A DNA stretch of 64,000 bases from Bdellovibrionales bacterium (GTDB taxonomy: Bacteria; Bdellovibrionota; Bdellovibrionia; Bdellovibrionales; UBA1609), in NCBI GenBank assembly GCA_965200875.1, contig OZ241456.1, positions 160,001 to 224,000 on the forward strand, written 5' to 3'. The translations under genes and the position numbers were made by a program. Positions 10,799-19,697 of this stretch are shown here, piece after piece (position 1 is the first letter of the stretch; every line of letters begins with the position of its first letter). The notes under the pieces are model-generated. The model did no database searches, was not told the origin of the DNA, and worked only from the letters and a program-made list of their open reading frames with translations.

Positions 10799-11038
10799 TC
10801 AATTCTTTTCTGAATAAGAGTATGTATAAACAGAATAAACCGGCCCTGCGAATCTTGGGCCTCCGGGTTCTGCCTTATAACCCCTTATTGTCTCATACTC
10901 TCTCTCTATTGCTAAAGCTTGGTCATAAGTTAAACCAGAATACAGCACTTTAAAGTCTACAACAATAATACCTTTACTTTCCCATTCCTGTTTTCTTAAA
11001 TATGGATCCCGGGCAGTCATACCAATATATCTTTGCAT
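10799..11038 (-). CDS. Small hypothetical protein, GIY-YIG-like
   Basis: RYIGMT..D...R and ALAIE pattern resembles a minimal GIY-YIG core; GAGG RBS. Confidence 0.55.
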   Translation of the reverse strand: MQRYIGMTARDPYLRKQEWESKGIIVVDFKVLYSGLTYDQALAIEREYETIRGYKAEPGGPRFAGPVYSVYTYSYSEKN

Positions 11039-11244
11039 TATCTATCCTCTGAATTATAATCAGCATTATATTTGACCGCTGTAAATACACCAGTCAAGAT
11101 AATTCCTTGAACTGTGTATTTTTTATACTCCGGGCCTGAAAATAAAGGTGGTACTCATAGGAGTAAAGCATCGCCCGGACAAGCCAGAGGAATACATAGG
11201 ACATTGCGGTTTAAATTATCACATCCAAGACTACTTTTTCCTCA

Positions 11245-11299
11245 AAAGTGCCTTAAAAAGCGGTGAACTAGCTTATCGGTCTGGTTTTTAAGGCACTTT
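11245..11299. repeat. Perfect 15-bp inverted repeat with 25-bp loop
   Basis: aaagtgccttaaaaa (11245-11259) / tttttaaggcacttt (11285-11299). Confidence 0.9.
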
Positions 11300-11335
11300 A
11301 GACTTATTTCAAAAAAAATAAAAAAGGGCTTTAAA

Positions 11336-12255
11336 TAGTCGGGCGTGATAAAGGTGTTAACGCACTGTTATTACTTGATTTTTTTATAATTTTGTTTGAA
11401 AATAATTGCAAGGTTTTACAACAAAGCCCTTTGTTTTCTTGCAAAATAAGGAAAGGAAAAAGCGTTATGATTCCACAAAATAATCAACACTCCGGCCAAC
11501 GAGATTTTTTCAAACAGAGAACAGATGAGGTAGCTCATAAAAACCACCCTCTGGTTATTTTATCAAATGCCTTTGATTGGGATATGTTTAACAAATGCTT
11601 CGGAGAGAAGTTTCATCCTGATAATGGACGTCCTGGTCTTTCCACTCGTTTAATGGTGGGTCTTCATTACATAAAGTATGCCTATAACTTAAGCGATGAA
11701 GCTTTATTGGAAAGATTTGTAGAAAATCCTCAGTGGCAATTTTTTTGTGGATTAGAGTATTACACAGACACTCCACCCTTGGATCGAAGTTCTTTAACCC
11801 GTTGGAGACAAAGAATGGGAGAAGAAAAGCTTACTGTCTTTCTAGAGGAGACAATAAATGTGGCTAGGAGAGAAGGTATGCTAAAGCGAAGTGAGCTTAA
11901 GACAGTGGTAGTGGATACAACCATTATGGAGAAAGCCATAGCCTTTCCAACAGATAGCAGACTTTATTTTAAGGCTTTGCAGTCTTTGGTTAACTTATGT
12001 AAAAAATCTGGGATTAAACTTCGTCAGACTTACAAAAGGAAGTCAAAGAAGAGTTTGTTTAAACAAGCCCGTTTAGCTCACTTGCGCAAATTTGGTAAGG
12101 CCCGCAGAGAACAAAGGAAGTTAAAAACTTACTTGGGTCGAGTGATACGTGATATTCAAAGAAAGTGTCCTTCTTGGAAAAATAATGTTCGTTTGAAAAA
12201 GGTTTTGGAAATAAGCCAAGCAGTGTTTGCACAAAAAAGAAATGAGTGGAGATAG
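11336..12255 (+). mobile_element. IS5-family insertion sequence remnant
   Basis: Truncated transposase; candidate left terminal repeat tagtcgggcgtgataaa at 11336; no convincing right end. Confidence 0.75.
11467..12255 (+). pseudogene. IS5-family transposase, C-terminally truncated
   Basis: HPLV.LS..FDW, GRP..STRLMVGLHY.K..YNLSDE, ENPQWQFFCG, VDTT.MEKAIAFPTD; stops after AQKRN, before the rest of the DDE core. Confidence 0.88.
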
Positions 12256-12315
12256 ATTTTTTTATTATCTATGTTTAAAAAGACTTTAACGGACCACTAT
12301 ATAGATTAAAAGAGC

Positions 12316-12603
12316 TTATTTCTTTTGCTTTAAAAGCAATTCATACAATTTGTCAAAACGATTACTTAACTGATCAATACGATCGCTTAATTTATCAATT
12401 TTTTTATTTGTTTCAGTATTAAGAGTTTCAATTTTTTTATTTGTTTCAGTGATATGGTTAGTCAATAACTTTTCGATAGGCTTTATTTTATTGTCTATGG
12501 AGTTTGTAATCAGCCAACCCAGATTTCCAAACAGAGCACTTGTGTAAAGAACAAAAAATGAAAGAGCTACCCATAAACTTTTATCTGACTTTTTTTGGTT
12601 CAT
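12316..12603 (-). CDS. Small single-TM coiled-coil protein, NHIx(D/E)TNKKI family
   Basis: TM with LYTS, then NHITETNKKI...LSDR..RFDKLYELLLK; similar to 30858 and 19188 ORFs; GGAAGGA RBS. Confidence 0.85.
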   Translation of the reverse strand: MNQKKSDKSLWVALSFFVLYTSALFGNLGWLITNSIDNKIKPIEKLLTNHITETNKKIETLNTETNKKIDKLSDRIDQLSNRFDKLYELLLKQKK

Positions 12604-12743
12604 ATTCCTTCCCTACTCGATATAATTGAATATAACATATTTAAATTAATACATTCAGATTGAAAAATTGCGTAAAAAGTGAATTTTTACAAGTTGACAG
12701 TCTCCCTGAACTCCTAAAACTGAAAAATAGTTTTTAATTACAA

Positions 12744-14264
12744 TCAAAAGGGAGGGGGATCATTAGGGGAGTTTCTTACAGGAGGTCTTTCCATAGGGGA
12801 GTTACCCATAGGGGGTCTTCCCACATCATGAGGGCCTGTCATAATTTGTGTATTTTCGGCTATGGGAATATAGTTTTCAAACAGTCCAAAACGAGCATCC
12901 CATTTTAAGGTGACTTTTCCGGTGGGTCCGTTTCTTTGCTTGTTTAATATAACTTCTGCTAAGCCCGCTTTTTCACTGTTATCATTGTAGTAATCATCAC
13001 GATAAAGCATCATAATTACATCTGCGTCTTGTTCGAGGGAGCCGGATTCCCTTAAGTCCGAAAGCAGAGGTCGCCGATTCACTCTCCCCTCCACTCCCCG
13101 GTTTAACTGAGAAAGTGCTACTACGGGAATCTGAAGTTCTTTGGCCAGAGATTTGAGAAGTCGGGATATTTCAGAAACCTCTCTTTCCCGGCTCTCCATA
13201 GTTGCTTTAAGGCTCATCAGTTGCAGATAATCCACGATTAAAAGATCTAGGCCGTGTTGAGATTTGAGTTTTCTTGCCCGCGAGCGAATCTCAAAAGGGG
13301 ATAGAAAAGAGGAATCATCTAAAAAAAAGGTCACATCATTTAACTTAGAACCGGCCACTATCAGATTATCCCAGTCTTGGGTTGTAATCTGCCCGGTTCT
13401 TAAGTGAGATAAAGGAACTTTGCCGGTCAAAGATAAAAGCCTCATCAAAATTTGCTCTTTAGCCATTTCCACTGAAAAAAAAGCCACTTTTTTATTGTTC
13501 AAGCTGGCATTTAGAGCAATGTTTAAGCTGAAGGCAGTTTTTCCCATGGAAGGTCTAGCCGCAATAATACTAAGCTCTCCAGACTGAAAACCTGAAGTCA
13601 GATGATCCAGCTCTGAAAAATTAGTGGAAATCCCGGTGACACTTAATCTTTTGCCTTGTAAATCCTCTAGGCGTTTTAAGCTTTCGGCTACCATATCAGG
13701 AACTGGCAAAAGTTGCTTTTGAGTAAGATTTTCTGTAAATTGAAAAAGATCTTTTTCCAAAGAATCAATAAAATGTTCTAATTTGAAAAAATCATGGCTG
13801 ATAGCTCTTTGCCGAAAATCAGAACAAAGATGAATGATTTTTCTTAAAATGGATTTTTCGCGAATGATGTGGGAGCACTCTTCTGCGGAAACGGGAGAAG
13901 CACTTTCTTCCACCAATTCTGCCAGATATAAGGATCCGCCGGAGCTTTCTAGTTTCCCATTTTTTTTCAATTCCTCGCTAATGCGGAGAATATCCCCGGA
14001 CCGATCGGACTTATAGAGTGTTTCCATACAGGAAAAAATATCCTGATGGGCTGGTTTGTGGAAATCTTCCGACTTCAGGATTTCCATCACTTCGTCCCAG
14101 GTTTTTTGTTGTCCGGCGAGCAAAGCCCCTAAGATAAATCGTTCTCCTTCCAGAGAAGAAGGCAGGAATTTATGCTCTGTTTGAGAAAAAGGTTTTTTTC
14201 GGGTTTTAGAAAAGGGCATCACAGATGAGGACTTTACAGGCAAGGACCAGGGTTTATCAAGCAA
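12744..14264 (-). CDS. dnaB: Replicative DNA helicase
   Basis: IAARPSMGKT, FFSVEM, IVDYLQLM, LSQLNR, SDLRESGSLEQDAD, KQRNGPTG; start may be ATG at 14219; Pro-rich repeat tail. Confidence 0.98.
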   Translation of the reverse strand: MLDKPWSLPVKSSSVMPFSKTRKKPFSQTEHKFLPSSLEGERFILGALLAGQQKTWDEVMEILKSEDFHKPAHQDIFSCMETLYKSDRSGDILRISEELKKNGKLESSGGSLYLAELVEESASPVSAEECSHIIREKSILRKIIHLCSDFRQRAISHDFFKLEHFIDSLEKDLFQFTENLTQKQLLPVPDMVAESLKRLEDLQGKRLSVTGISTNFSELDHLTSGFQSGELSIIAARPSMGKTAFSLNIALNASLNNKKVAFFSVEMAKEQILMRLLSLTGKVPLSHLRTGQITTQDWDNLIVAGSKLNDVTFFLDDSSFLSPFEIRSRARKLKSQHGLDLLIVDYLQLMSLKATMESREREVSEISRLLKSLAKELQIPVVALSQLNRGVEGRVNRRPLLSDLRESGSLEQDADVIMMLYRDDYYNDNSEKAGLAEVILNKQRNGPTGKVTLKWDARFGLFENYIPIAENTQIMTGPHDVGRPPMGNSPMERPPVRNSPNDPPPF

Positions 14265-14311
14265 AAAAATTGGACTTTTATTATTAAACTTCTTTTTTTA
14301 CACTATTTGTA

Positions 14312-16675
14312 ATGAAAGCAGTATTTTATGGATACAGAGCGGATATTGTTGGCTTGTTTTGGCTGGCGGTGGCTTTTTTTTTCAGTTTAGCTTTAGGCAG
14401 TTATTATCCTCTGGACCCTTCTTTTAACGCTATTGGCACGGTATTGGCTCAGGCACAAAACAAATGTGGTTATCTGGGCTCCTTTATGGCGGACCTGCTC
14501 TATCAGGGTTTTGGTCTTTCCTCTTGGGTGTTTGTTCTGCTGGCTTTAAGGCAGTCCATGCTTGTTTTTCAAAGAAAATGGACGGAAATGGAATGGATGA
14601 ATAACCTGATAATATTATTTTTAAGTCTTTTTGTTTGTTCTTCGTTATTGGAATTGCATCAACCAGGAAGAAGATTTTTTGAGGGGCATATTCTTCCTGG
14701 AGGAGCATTGGGTCGTGCTGTTGTGAAAATCAGTGAACCATTTTTACATTTTCCAGGGCAGGTTCTTGTATTGTGGTCATTGGCTCTGGCCCTTTTTGTT
14801 TTGATCACAAAAGTTCCTGTTTCCGATTTGGTTTTGAAAACAGGGATTCTTTTAAAAAAAGGAGCGGTGAAAACTTTTTTGCTTTTTAGTTCCCATGTTT
14901 ATAAGATTTTCGTAAAAGCCCTTGGGCTTTTTATTTCTTTTTCGACTGCGAGTTTGGTTTTTCTGAGAAAAAAAACAGGCTTTAAGTTTCCGTTTCTTTC
15001 TTCCACCACCACTACTTCTTCTTCCCTTCCCTCTTTTCCCGCAGATTCTTCTTTAAAGAAATCAGATGGCAAAGGCGTTCTTTTTTCTTCGGTTTCCTCC
15101 GCTGAAAATTATTTTTTTCAGGAAGAAAAATCAGCAGAGGAAGAGGGGGTTGGAACAGAGGAAATGGAGGACGGGGAATATAAAGATCCCGCACAGATAA
15201 AATGGACTTTGCCTACAGCAGATTTGTTAAATCCTGTGATTTCTTCTTGGCAGATGAGTGCTAGGGAAAGCCGGGCAGATGCAGAGAGGCTCAAGGAAAA
15301 ATTAAAACAGTTTTCCATCTCCGGGGAGATCACCAATATTCGAACCGGCCCGGTTATTACTTTGTTTGAGTTCAAACCGGAAGATCATGTTAAAGTGGCT
15401 CGTATCACACAGATGGAAGACGACTTAATGATAGCACTTAAAAGCAAGTCCATAAGAATTATTGCCCCTATTCCTGGTAGAGATGTGGTGGGAATTGAAA
15501 CCGCTCACACTAAACGGCAGATGGTGTATTTAAAAAGCCTAGTGAATGAGCCAATTTTTTTGGAGAAAAACTGTGATTTACCTTTAGTTTTAGGCCGTCA
15601 TGTGGATGGCCGATCCGCCATTTTGGATTTGGGAAAAATCCCCCATCTGATGGTGGCGGGATCTACAGGATCAGGGAAATCTGTATTTATAGTGTCTTTT
15701 CTTTTGAGTTTGCTTTTTCGCCATACTCCTCAGAGTTTGCGCTTATTGCTGGTGGATCCTAAAAGAGTGGACTTAAGTGTTTTTAGTGGTCTTCCGCATC
15801 TATTGGCTCCGCCGGCTCGTGAAGCCAAATCCGCTGTAGAGGTTTTGGAGTGGTGTTTAAGGGAAATGTATAAAAGATATCGCTCTCTTTCCCGTTTTCA
15901 GGCTCGGGATCTTAGAGGATTCAATGAGAGAATAAAACACTTAAGTGCTGAAGAGATTCAACAAAATGAAGAGTTCTCAGAAAGTTTGGAAAAAACAGAA
16001 GAGGATTACTACTTTTTACCACAGCCTTATATTTGTGTTGTGTTGGAAGAGTTTGGCGACTTAATGGCCTCTCCAGAGAGAAGTCGTGTTGAAAGCTTGG
16101 TGGTGCGACTTGCGCAGATGGCCCGGGCCTGTGGGATACATTTGATTTTATCCATGCAAAGCCCTAGGAAAGATGTGGTGACAGGCTTGATAAAAACCAA
16201 TATCCCCGGTCGGATTAGTTTCAAAGTTTCCTCCCGTATTGACTCCCGTATTATATTGGATGAAGGAGGCGCGGAAAGGCTTCTTTCTCAAGGGGATATG
16301 CTCTATTTGGGGCCAGGTCAGGCCCGACCAGAAAGGTATCATGGTCCTTTTGTGAGCGAAAAGGAAGTGTCATCTGTTGTGCAGTTTTGGAAAAGGCAGT
16401 CTCCCGGCAATAACTTTTATGTGGTAAAATTTTCCTCAGAGGAAAAAAGGTTTAGGACTAGGGAAAGTATGTCTTTGGACCCGGAAGAAGATCAAAAGTA
16501 CGAAGAGGTATTTTCTTATGTGTCAGAGCTTAAAGAGGTAAGTGCTTCTCATTTGCAAAGAAGATATGGCTTGGGTTATCCTCGGGCGGCTAGGCTCATT
16601 GATCGTCTGGAAGAAGAGGGTGTGGTGGGTCCTGCCAGAGGGAGCAAACCCCGTGAAGTGTTGGGACATAAATAA
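14312..16675 (+). CDS. ftsK: DNA translocase FtsK/SpoIIIE
   Basis: N-terminal 4TM domain, PHLMVAGSTGSGKS, RLAQMARACGIHL, GAERLL..GDML, gamma domain LQRR..LGYPRAARLID. Confidence 0.97.
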   Translation: MKAVFYGYRADIVGLFWLAVAFFFSLALGSYYPLDPSFNAIGTVLAQAQNKCGYLGSFMADLLYQGFGLSSWVFVLLALRQSMLVFQRKWTEMEWMNNLIILFLSLFVCSSLLELHQPGRRFFEGHILPGGALGRAVVKISEPFLHFPGQVLVLWSLALALFVLITKVPVSDLVLKTGILLKKGAVKTFLLFSSHVYKIFVKALGLFISFSTASLVFLRKKTGFKFPFLSSTTTTSSSLPSFPADSSLKKSDGKGVLFSSVSSAENYFFQEEKSAEEEGVGTEEMEDGEYKDPAQIKWTLPTADLLNPVISSWQMSARESRADAERLKEKLKQFSISGEITNIRTGPVITLFEFKPEDHVKVARITQMEDDLMIALKSKSIRIIAPIPGRDVVGIETAHTKRQMVYLKSLVNEPIFLEKNCDLPLVLGRHVDGRSAILDLGKIPHLMVAGSTGSGKSVFIVSFLLSLLFRHTPQSLRLLLVDPKRVDLSVFSGLPHLLAPPAREAKSAVEVLEWCLREMYKRYRSLSRFQARDLRGFNERIKHLSAEEIQQNEEFSESLEKTEEDYYFLPQPYICVVLEEFGDLMASPERSRVESLVVRLAQMARACGIHLILSMQSPRKDVVTGLIKTNIPGRISFKVSSRIDSRIILDEGGAERLLSQGDMLYLGPGQARPERYHGPFVSEKEVSSVVQFWKRQSPGNNFYVVKFSSEEKRFRTRESMSLDPEEDQKYEEVFSYVSELKEVSASHLQRRYGLGYPRAARLIDRLEEEGVVGPARGSKPREVLGHK

Positions 16676-16692
16676 AAACTAAGGATTAAAAA

Positions 16693-17574
16693 ATGAAAAA
16701 GATGGAAGGGATTATTACAGCTCTTGCCACACCTTTTCAGGAAGGAAAATTGGATGAAGAGTCTTTTGGAAAACTCATTCAGTTTCAAAAAGATCAGGGG
16801 GTGGATGGCTTTGTGATAAACGGCACCACGGGGGAAAGTCCTTGCCTGTTTCCAAAAGAGGTGGAAAAGCTTTTTGAATGGACTAAGGAGAAGGCAGGAG
16901 AAAAACTTCTTATACTGGGGGTGGGGGGAAACTCCACTGAGAAGACTTTGGAAAATATCAAGATCGCGGAAAATTTACAGGCAGATGCAGTATTGGCTGT
17001 GGTGCCTTATTATAACAAGCCTCCTCAACGGGGGCTTATAAAGCATTTTAAAAAGCTTTCGGAAAAAAGCTCTTTACCGATTCTGTTATATAATGTTCCA
17101 GCTCGTACCGGAGTGGGGCTTTCTCTAGAAAGTGTTTTGGAATTAAGCCGTGAGACTAATATTTTGGGTATTAAGGAGGCCAGTGGTGACTTACAGTTTG
17201 GAAGGGCAATTATTGAAAAAACGAATAAAGATTTTGTTGTATTAAGTGGAGATGATGAAACCGGCCTGGATCTTTTTGCCCTTGGTGGAAAAGGTATAAT
17301 CTCTGTCATAAGCCATATTCTGGGGAAAGAAATGAAAAACTTGCTTCAAAGGATAAAAGAAGGCCAAAAAGAAACTCCTTTAAAAGAGTATAAGGAAAAG
17401 TACGGAGAACTTTTAAAAAATATTTATGCAGAAAGCAACCCCATAGGAATTAAAATGGCTTTAAAGCTGAAAGGTGTTTTTAAATCCGCAGAACTCAGAA
17501 GTCCTTTGGTGAGTCTAGAGGGGCAAAAGGTAATCTCCTTAAAAGAAACTCTTAAATCCAAAGGGTTATTATAA
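16693..17574 (+). CDS. dapA: 4-hydroxy-tetrahydrodipicolinate synthase
   Basis: GTTGES, PYYNKP, LYNVPARTG, IKEASGD, LSGDD, NPIGIK. Confidence 0.97.
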   Translation: MKKMEGIITALATPFQEGKLDEESFGKLIQFQKDQGVDGFVINGTTGESPCLFPKEVEKLFEWTKEKAGEKLLILGVGGNSTEKTLENIKIAENLQADAVLAVVPYYNKPPQRGLIKHFKKLSEKSSLPILLYNVPARTGVGLSLESVLELSRETNILGIKEASGDLQFGRAIIEKTNKDFVVLSGDDETGLDLFALGGKGIISVISHILGKEMKNLLQRIKEGQKETPLKEYKEKYGELLKNIYAESNPIGIKMALKLKGVFKSAELRSPLVSLEGQKVISLKETLKSKGLL

Positions 17575-17603
17575 AGGTTCTGGCTGGAGCAAGATATGGA
17601 GGC

Positions 17604-18383
17604 GTGTTGAATCTAAAAAAAAGTAAAGCTTTAAAAAACCGGTCCAGTTTGCGTCATCGGAAAATCAAAGTGGGGCTAAGTGGTGCGAGCGGGCGAATGG
17701 GGCAGGCCGTAAAAGAGCTGATACAGGTAAAAAATTCCGACTTTGTACTCACTTCGGAAATGCCTTCGCCTTCTGTTGAGCATAAAGGGGTTTTGCGAAC
17801 GATAAAAGCTGGTTTTGATAAATGGGATTCTCGGCAAATAACTGCTGTGATTGACTTTTCCTCTCCGGAACTTTTTGACAAAGCCTTAAACTGGTGTCTT
17901 TCAAATAAAAAACCCTTCGTGAGTGGCACTACGGCTTTAAGTTCCATTCAGAAAAAAAAACTTAACCAAGCCAGCAAAAAAATTCCTGTCTTTTATGAAG
18001 AGAACATGAGTTGGGGAATTTGGCAGATAAAAAAGTGGATCCAAAGGATATCTAATCAGGCTGGAAGGATTTTATTGGAGGATATTCATCATAAAAACAA
18101 AAAAGATAAACCCAGTGGAACAGCCTTAAAATTAAAAAGACATTTACCGGCTTTTGCTCAGAAAAAACTAAAAATAAAAAGCTTTCGTAAGGGAGAGGAA
18201 TTTGGTACTCACCGATTTGTATTTTTTGGTGAAGAGGAACAGGTGATTTTAGAGCACAAAGCTTTAAGCAGGCTTTTATTTGCAGGAGGAGCTTTAAAAG
18301 CTTTAAAATGGTTGGTAAAAAAACCTTCCGGGCTTTATTCTTTTGAAGATCTTTATAAAGAAAACCTAAAAAAGAAAGGATAA
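17604..18383 (+). CDS. dapB: 4-hydroxy-tetrahydrodipicolinate reductase
   Basis: GASGRMG, VIDFS, VSGTT, HHKNKKDKPSGTA, FAGGAL; follows dapA. Confidence 0.93.
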   Translation: MLNLKKSKALKNRSSLRHRKIKVGLSGASGRMGQAVKELIQVKNSDFVLTSEMPSPSVEHKGVLRTIKAGFDKWDSRQITAVIDFSSPELFDKALNWCLSNKKPFVSGTTALSSIQKKKLNQASKKIPVFYEENMSWGIWQIKKWIQRISNQAGRILLEDIHHKNKKDKPSGTALKLKRHLPAFAQKKLKIKSFRKGEEFGTHRFVFFGEEEQVILEHKALSRLLFAGGALKALKWLVKKPSGLYSFEDLYKENLKKKG

Positions 18384-18388
18384 AAAAA

Positions 18389-19054
18389 ATGCAATTTTTT
18401 GTGGATACAGCGGATTTAAAACAAATAAAAGAAATAAATAAGTGGTTTCCTGTGGATGGAGTTACCACTAATCCCACTTTAGTGGCAAAAAGTGGTGAAG
18501 AGCATATAAGCCTTATTCGTTCCATAGCAGAAACTGTGGAAGGTCCAGTGAGTGCTGAAGTTATCACGACTTCTTCTGAAGAAATGATAAAAGAAGCTCG
18601 AGTTTTGTCGAAAATTCATCCTCAGGTGGTGGTGAAACTTCCTTTAAACCCAGAGGGGCTTTTGGCAACCCAGATTCTTTCGAAAGAAAATATTTCCACC
18701 AATTTAACGCTTTGTTTTTCCGCTCTTCAGGCGTTATCTGCTACGCGTGCTGGTGCGAATTTTGTCTCCGTGTTTGTGGGTCGTTTAGATGATACAGGAG
18801 GGGATGGAATGGAAATAGTGTCTCAGATCATAAATATTTTTACCCAATATCAAATAAAGTCAAAAGTCATAGTAGCAAGTGTTAGGAATGTGAGCCATAT
18901 CCTGACTTCAGCCAATCTGGGTGCGGATATTGTGACAATTCCTCCTGCTTTGTTTTTACAAATGGTTCAACATCCTCTTACAGATAAAGGTCTGGCTCAA
19001 TTTCTTGCTTCGGCAAGGGGAGCAGAGAAAAAGAGGAAAAATGCCAAGAGCTGA
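18389..19054 (+). CDS. fsa: Transaldolase / fructose-6-phosphate aldolase family (short type)
   Basis: FFVDTAD, GVTTNPTL, VVVKLP, FVGRLDD, HPLTDKGL. Confidence 0.92.
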   Translation: MQFFVDTADLKQIKEINKWFPVDGVTTNPTLVAKSGEEHISLIRSIAETVEGPVSAEVITTSSEEMIKEARVLSKIHPQVVVKLPLNPEGLLATQILSKENISTNLTLCFSALQALSATRAGANFVSVFVGRLDDTGGDGMEIVSQIINIFTQYQIKSKVIVASVRNVSHILTSANLGADIVTIPPALFLQMVQHPLTDKGLAQFLASARGAEKKRKNAKS

Positions 19055-19124
19055 TCATCACTGCTACTATATAAAATAACACCACTTGCAAAAAAATGCT
19101 GTTTACGGGCTTTTTACCCATATT

Positions 19125-19153
19125 TGCTATCTTTACTTATGGGTGATATAATA
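19125..19153 (+). promoter_or_regulatory. Candidate sigma70 promoter for the small coiled-coil gene
   Basis: TTGCTA-17 nt-TATAAT with TG extension (TGATATAAT); coordinates approximate. Confidence 0.55.
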
Positions 19154-19187
19154 ATTACTTATAGTAATACACCTTTTGGGGGTTTTT

Positions 19188-19487
19188 GTGGCGAATTGGT
19201 CATTTGGGGTTTTTGTTGTTGCTTATACAGGATTAATTCTGGGTATTTTAAAATTGATGCTGGATAATCAAACAAAGCTGATAAATGAAAAGTTGGATAA
19301 TCAAACAAAGCTGATGAATGCTCAAATACAGCCAATAAATGAAAAGCTGGATAACCATATCTCAGATACGAATAAGAAAATTGATGATACAAATAAGAAA
19401 ATTAATAAACTGGAAACTGAAATCAAATCGGAACTTAGAGAGATAAAAGCTGATATGAAAGAATATTTTGCAAAGAGACCTTCTTAA
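19188..19487 (+). CDS. Small single-TM coiled-coil protein, NHIx(D/E)TNKKI family
   Basis: TM with AYTGLI, 11-aa duplication LDNQTKL, NHISDTNKKIDDTNKKI; GTG at 19188 after GGGGG (ORF track start 19176). Confidence 0.85.
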   Translation: MANWSFGVFVVAYTGLILGILKLMLDNQTKLINEKLDNQTKLMNAQIQPINEKLDNHISDTNKKIDDTNKKINKLETEIKSELREIKADMKEYFAKRPS

Positions 19488-19697
19488 TATCACATTCAAA
19501 ATCAGGATGATATGCTTATAAAAAGAAAAGATATTTTATGGACTCTTTTTTTTCTTTTCATGGGATTTCTGGTTTGGTTTTTTCCAAGGTTTATGGATTC
19601 CCTGAAATTTTTAGGTTTTTCTGAGCCTTTGATTTTGCAATAAATTCCCCAAGATTTAGTTCTGGAAACTTTGATTTTACTGGTAAAATAATTTTTT

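Noticed and set aside
12283..12299. Right terminal inverted repeat of the IS5 element
   Set aside because: Only about 10 of 17 positions match the candidate left end, which is compatible with chance
6010..12603. Possible integron cassette array (co-oriented small ORFs)
   Set aside because: No recurring attC-like sites were recognised and there is no integrase; several ORFs have their own promoters
12744..14264. Intein in DnaB
   Set aside because: Helicase motifs are contiguous; the extra length is at the termini
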